This document shows positions 61,090 to 64,000 of a DNA stretch of 64,000 nt, one piece after another. The stretch is from Octopus vulgaris (Eukaryota): NCBI GenBank assembly GCA_951406725.2, contig OX597815.1:88102001-88166000 (forward strand), read 5' to 3'. A model generated the notes under the pieces. It worked only from the letters and a program-made list of their open reading frames with translations, did not search any database and had not been told where the DNA came from. Made by a program: the position numbers and the translations under genes. Each line of letters opens with the position of its first letter. Within the stretch, counting starts at the first letter, position 1.

Positions 61090-63549
61090 TACATTAACAT
61101 AAATTTTGTTATATTTGCATCTCTCTGACAATATTTTAACTTTACATCAGTTTATAAAACCATGATTTGTTACATATTCACTTGTAATAATTTTCTCTCT
61201 CTGTCTCTCTCTTGTGTATTAACTTAATAAGGTTAGAGTTCCATGGCACTAGTTCTGATCGCCACCTTTTGCTGTAAAGCGTTTGAGAAACAACTTTACC
61301 TATTGAATAGAGTGTTTGTCTATAGCACATAACCTTTCCATCTGAGGGAATTGAATTTAGTACTACAAACTAATAAAATACTTGTTAATTTCACAGTTCT
61401 GTATTCATGCTTTAGGGAACTGCATCATTGGCTTAGAGCCATGTACGTTTTGTGTGTTGAGTCAATGGTGACTTTTTTCTCTAGGGCTCCTGAGGTCAGG
61501 AATACTCCTGCATTAACTCTTCACAAGCATGTTTGTTGGTCATGCTGCATAGCATTCAATAAAATTTTATTTCACAAAAAATTGTCTGAACTATATTTGG
61601 AGAAGTATAGTTTGTTTATTATCAATAGCTCTACACCACCTTTAGAAAGCCATATGAGAATTAAAACTCCTCATGTCAGGAGCCAATGAGTTCTGCCAAC
61701 AGAATTTAGAACCTTAACACTAATATCGTTTTACAGCAAAATAAATGAATATTCTTGAGCATGTCAATAAGTTATAAATTAAATTGACTTTACTGCACTG
61801 AACTATGTGGTGACCTGACTGCATATTATTTCATATAGTTCTAAATTGAAGTTTTGTATCTCACACACACATATACACTAAAAAATTAACAAAGAAATAC
61901 ATAGAAAGTATTTTAAATGGAGTTATACAAATATTTAGGTTCTTTTCTCTTCAAGCAAATTTTTTAAAATTGTATTTTAAAGATTAATTCTTTTGATAAG
62001 TTGAACCCTCTGACTGCACTCTCACATCTGTCTGTTGTACCCAGTCCAGACACTTGATTTCTCAGTTTTCTCTATTAATGCTGTCATTTGTTCTAATTTA
62101 AGTTATCACTTCTTTTTTGTTTTTGTTTTTTCGTTTATGTTTTTGATATAAAGAAAGGTCTCTTTGTTAAAATTTCTTTTGTCTGTCAATAAAAAGAAGA
62201 TATTGTATTTTTCTTCGCAATTTCTTTCATTGGCCAAAATGAGAAGCATGTATTTCAAGTTTCTTCATATTCTGGTAGAGAACTAAATTTGCTTTTATTA
62301 TCTCTTCTCTTCGCTCCTTGTGCATATACTCCCATCATATCATATAAGAGCTTATATACAATGGTAGACCTAAAAGGAATTAATGCAATATTACAGCAAT
62401 GTGGCACAAGCTAATCCAAAGACCCAGTCTTTACCAACATCATGATGTTAATAATAATAAGAGTTTAAATATGTCTGTTTGTCATTATTTAATTCTATAC
62501 ATTTTATTTAATTAATTTTTATGAATGACAATTTGTTTAAAAAAAAAAATGCTTTGAATGTTTTTTATCATCTCAATTCAGAAAGCAACAACATACTTGA
62601 TCTATCAATTTTCACCTAAAAGTACTTATTATTTAGTATTAATAATTATACATCTAATATTTTGTAAAGTCAACTTGTTTTATTTCCAGTGTGTTATTCT
62701 AGGTTTGCTTTATTTCCTTTCCCTTTTTTTAAAAAAATGTAGTTTATTGAAGATTTTCTCTCAAATGGTCACCGATAAGTTTAGCATTTCCCTCCTTCTT
62801 AGTCATTATTACAACAGAATATTTTCCATTTCTTTACATACTTCATGTTAATTCTATAGAATTTCTTGAATATTCCTATTGTATAGGTAGATAACTACCC
62901 TGATTGTTGAATTTTGCTTTAATTCTGATATTGTCAATTAGTTTCAGGAGGTATAGCAAGATAAAAATTTGTAAGGAAAATTGACTGCTTTTGGATTTCT
63001 TACAAATGCATTTTTCTTAAGGTTGTTGGTTATTGTAATAGTACTGCTTTTCTTTGCTTATTCTGAGTACAGTCTTGTTTTTTTTTGTTGGTTTTTTTTT
63101 TTGGGGGGGGGGGTTACAATTCTCACTCTGTTTATATTTGTAGCTGTAAGATACATATGAATGTGTGAATTTATTGTAGGAGCAGCATTTGTTTGATATT
63201 TTTCTGCTGAGATATTCAACAAGCAATAAAACAAAAATATCCAAAGTTATTGAATCATATGGCCACCTTTGAGTTGTTTGATAGTTTTAAACATTAATAA
63301 ATTCAATTTTACATAGAATAAATCCTAACAAAATTATTGAATGGATAAAAACTTTTAAATTTTAGTAGTAGCTCTTTGAGAAAGAACTGCTGATGAGAAA
63401 GACAAATGGTAATGTCAAAAGTCTATTGGTAACTTAAATATCTAAATTTCTATAGCCCACCAATCCATAAATGATATAATAAACAAAATTTCTTATATTT
63501 ATGATATTGTTGCTTCAGTAAATGATGGGATTTATTTACTAAATTGCAG

Positions 63550-63670
63550 GTGTGGTGAAAGAGAATTTCTTGAAACTGTGATAAAGAAAATTACAAGTGG
63601 ACGCGAAAGTGATCATAAAGGCCAAGGTGTGTGGGTTTCCATTAAAGTGCTGGAAGGAGATTCACAACAG
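63550..63670 (+). CDS. DOCK1: DOCK exon w13 (121 nt): CGEREFLETVIKKITSGRESDHKGQGVWVSIKVLEGDSQQ
   Basis: cAG 63548-49, GTaaat 63671; resembles GENDFLQTVINKV..HKGQGLWV..L.GD. Confidence 0.94.
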
Positions 63671-64000
63671 GTAAATTATCTTCTACATCTACCCTGCAAG
63701 TAGTCCACCACTGCATATATTCTGGGTCCTGCTTCATTTCTCCATCATCTGTCCACACCTTTCATTGATGTTTTCCTTCTTTTTTAGTGATGTCCAGAGG
63801 ATTTCTAGATGTACTTTTTTTAGTGGTATTGGGGTGGAGGCTTGTTGTTGACAATGTTGCAGATTTCACCTGCTTGGGCATTTTCTGCTCCTTGAATCAG
63901 CAACCTATCTTCTTTTATATGTGATGAGTCCAGAGACCCTTCTATAAGAGCTCTCATTCTTAGCTGCAGAACTTTTGTTATCCTCTGATAAAAATTACAA

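Larger units (their letters stand above)
9943..63670 (+). other. DOCK1: Partial gene span: DOCK-A family Rac GEF (DOCK1/2/5, myoblast city-like), 13 internal exons; gene continues beyond the window end and probably begins before it
   Basis: Spliced exons give an uninterrupted 368-aa ORF: IYSYHG..TVGQTVYIEEETDGWYKG..RGIFPKTYV (SH3), [97 protein letters not shown]. These motifs are collinear with DOCK1/2/5 as I recall them. All 12 introns are GT-AG with matching phases. Confidence 0.95.

Overview
Eukaryotic, AT-rich, repeat-dense genomic DNA. The SINE, RTE and MITE repertoire and the (TA)n/(CA)n microsatellites point to an octopod cephalopod (inferred, not proven). The window lies inside one + strand gene, a DOCK-A family Rac guanine-nucleotide exchange factor (DOCK1/2/5, myoblast-city-like). 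I reconstructed 13 internal GT-AG exons (9943-63670, 1106 nt, about 368 aa) with consistent phases. They cover the SH3 domain, the helical ELMO-binding region and the N-terminal C2-like region, and include a 33-nt microexon. The first coding exon was not found and is probably upstream; the DHR1/DHR2 exons lie beyond the window end. The introns hold a decayed compact 4.1-kb Ty3/Gypsy provirus with two LTRs, several RTE LINE copies with a PHD-like finger inside the RT region, and a Tigger/pogo relic with a nested RTE. They also hold a near full-length mariner, hAT and piggyBac-type MITEs, and at least four tRNA-derived SINE families, several with TSDs. Less ordinary structures are two locally templated insertions flanked by direct repeats, a minisatellite born from the RTE ORF end, (TA)n-adjacent palindromes (one with hammerhead-like cores), and inverted repeat pairs flanking exons. 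There are no prokaryotic systems, CRISPR arrays or intact tRNA/rRNA genes. All alignments and counts were done by eye.
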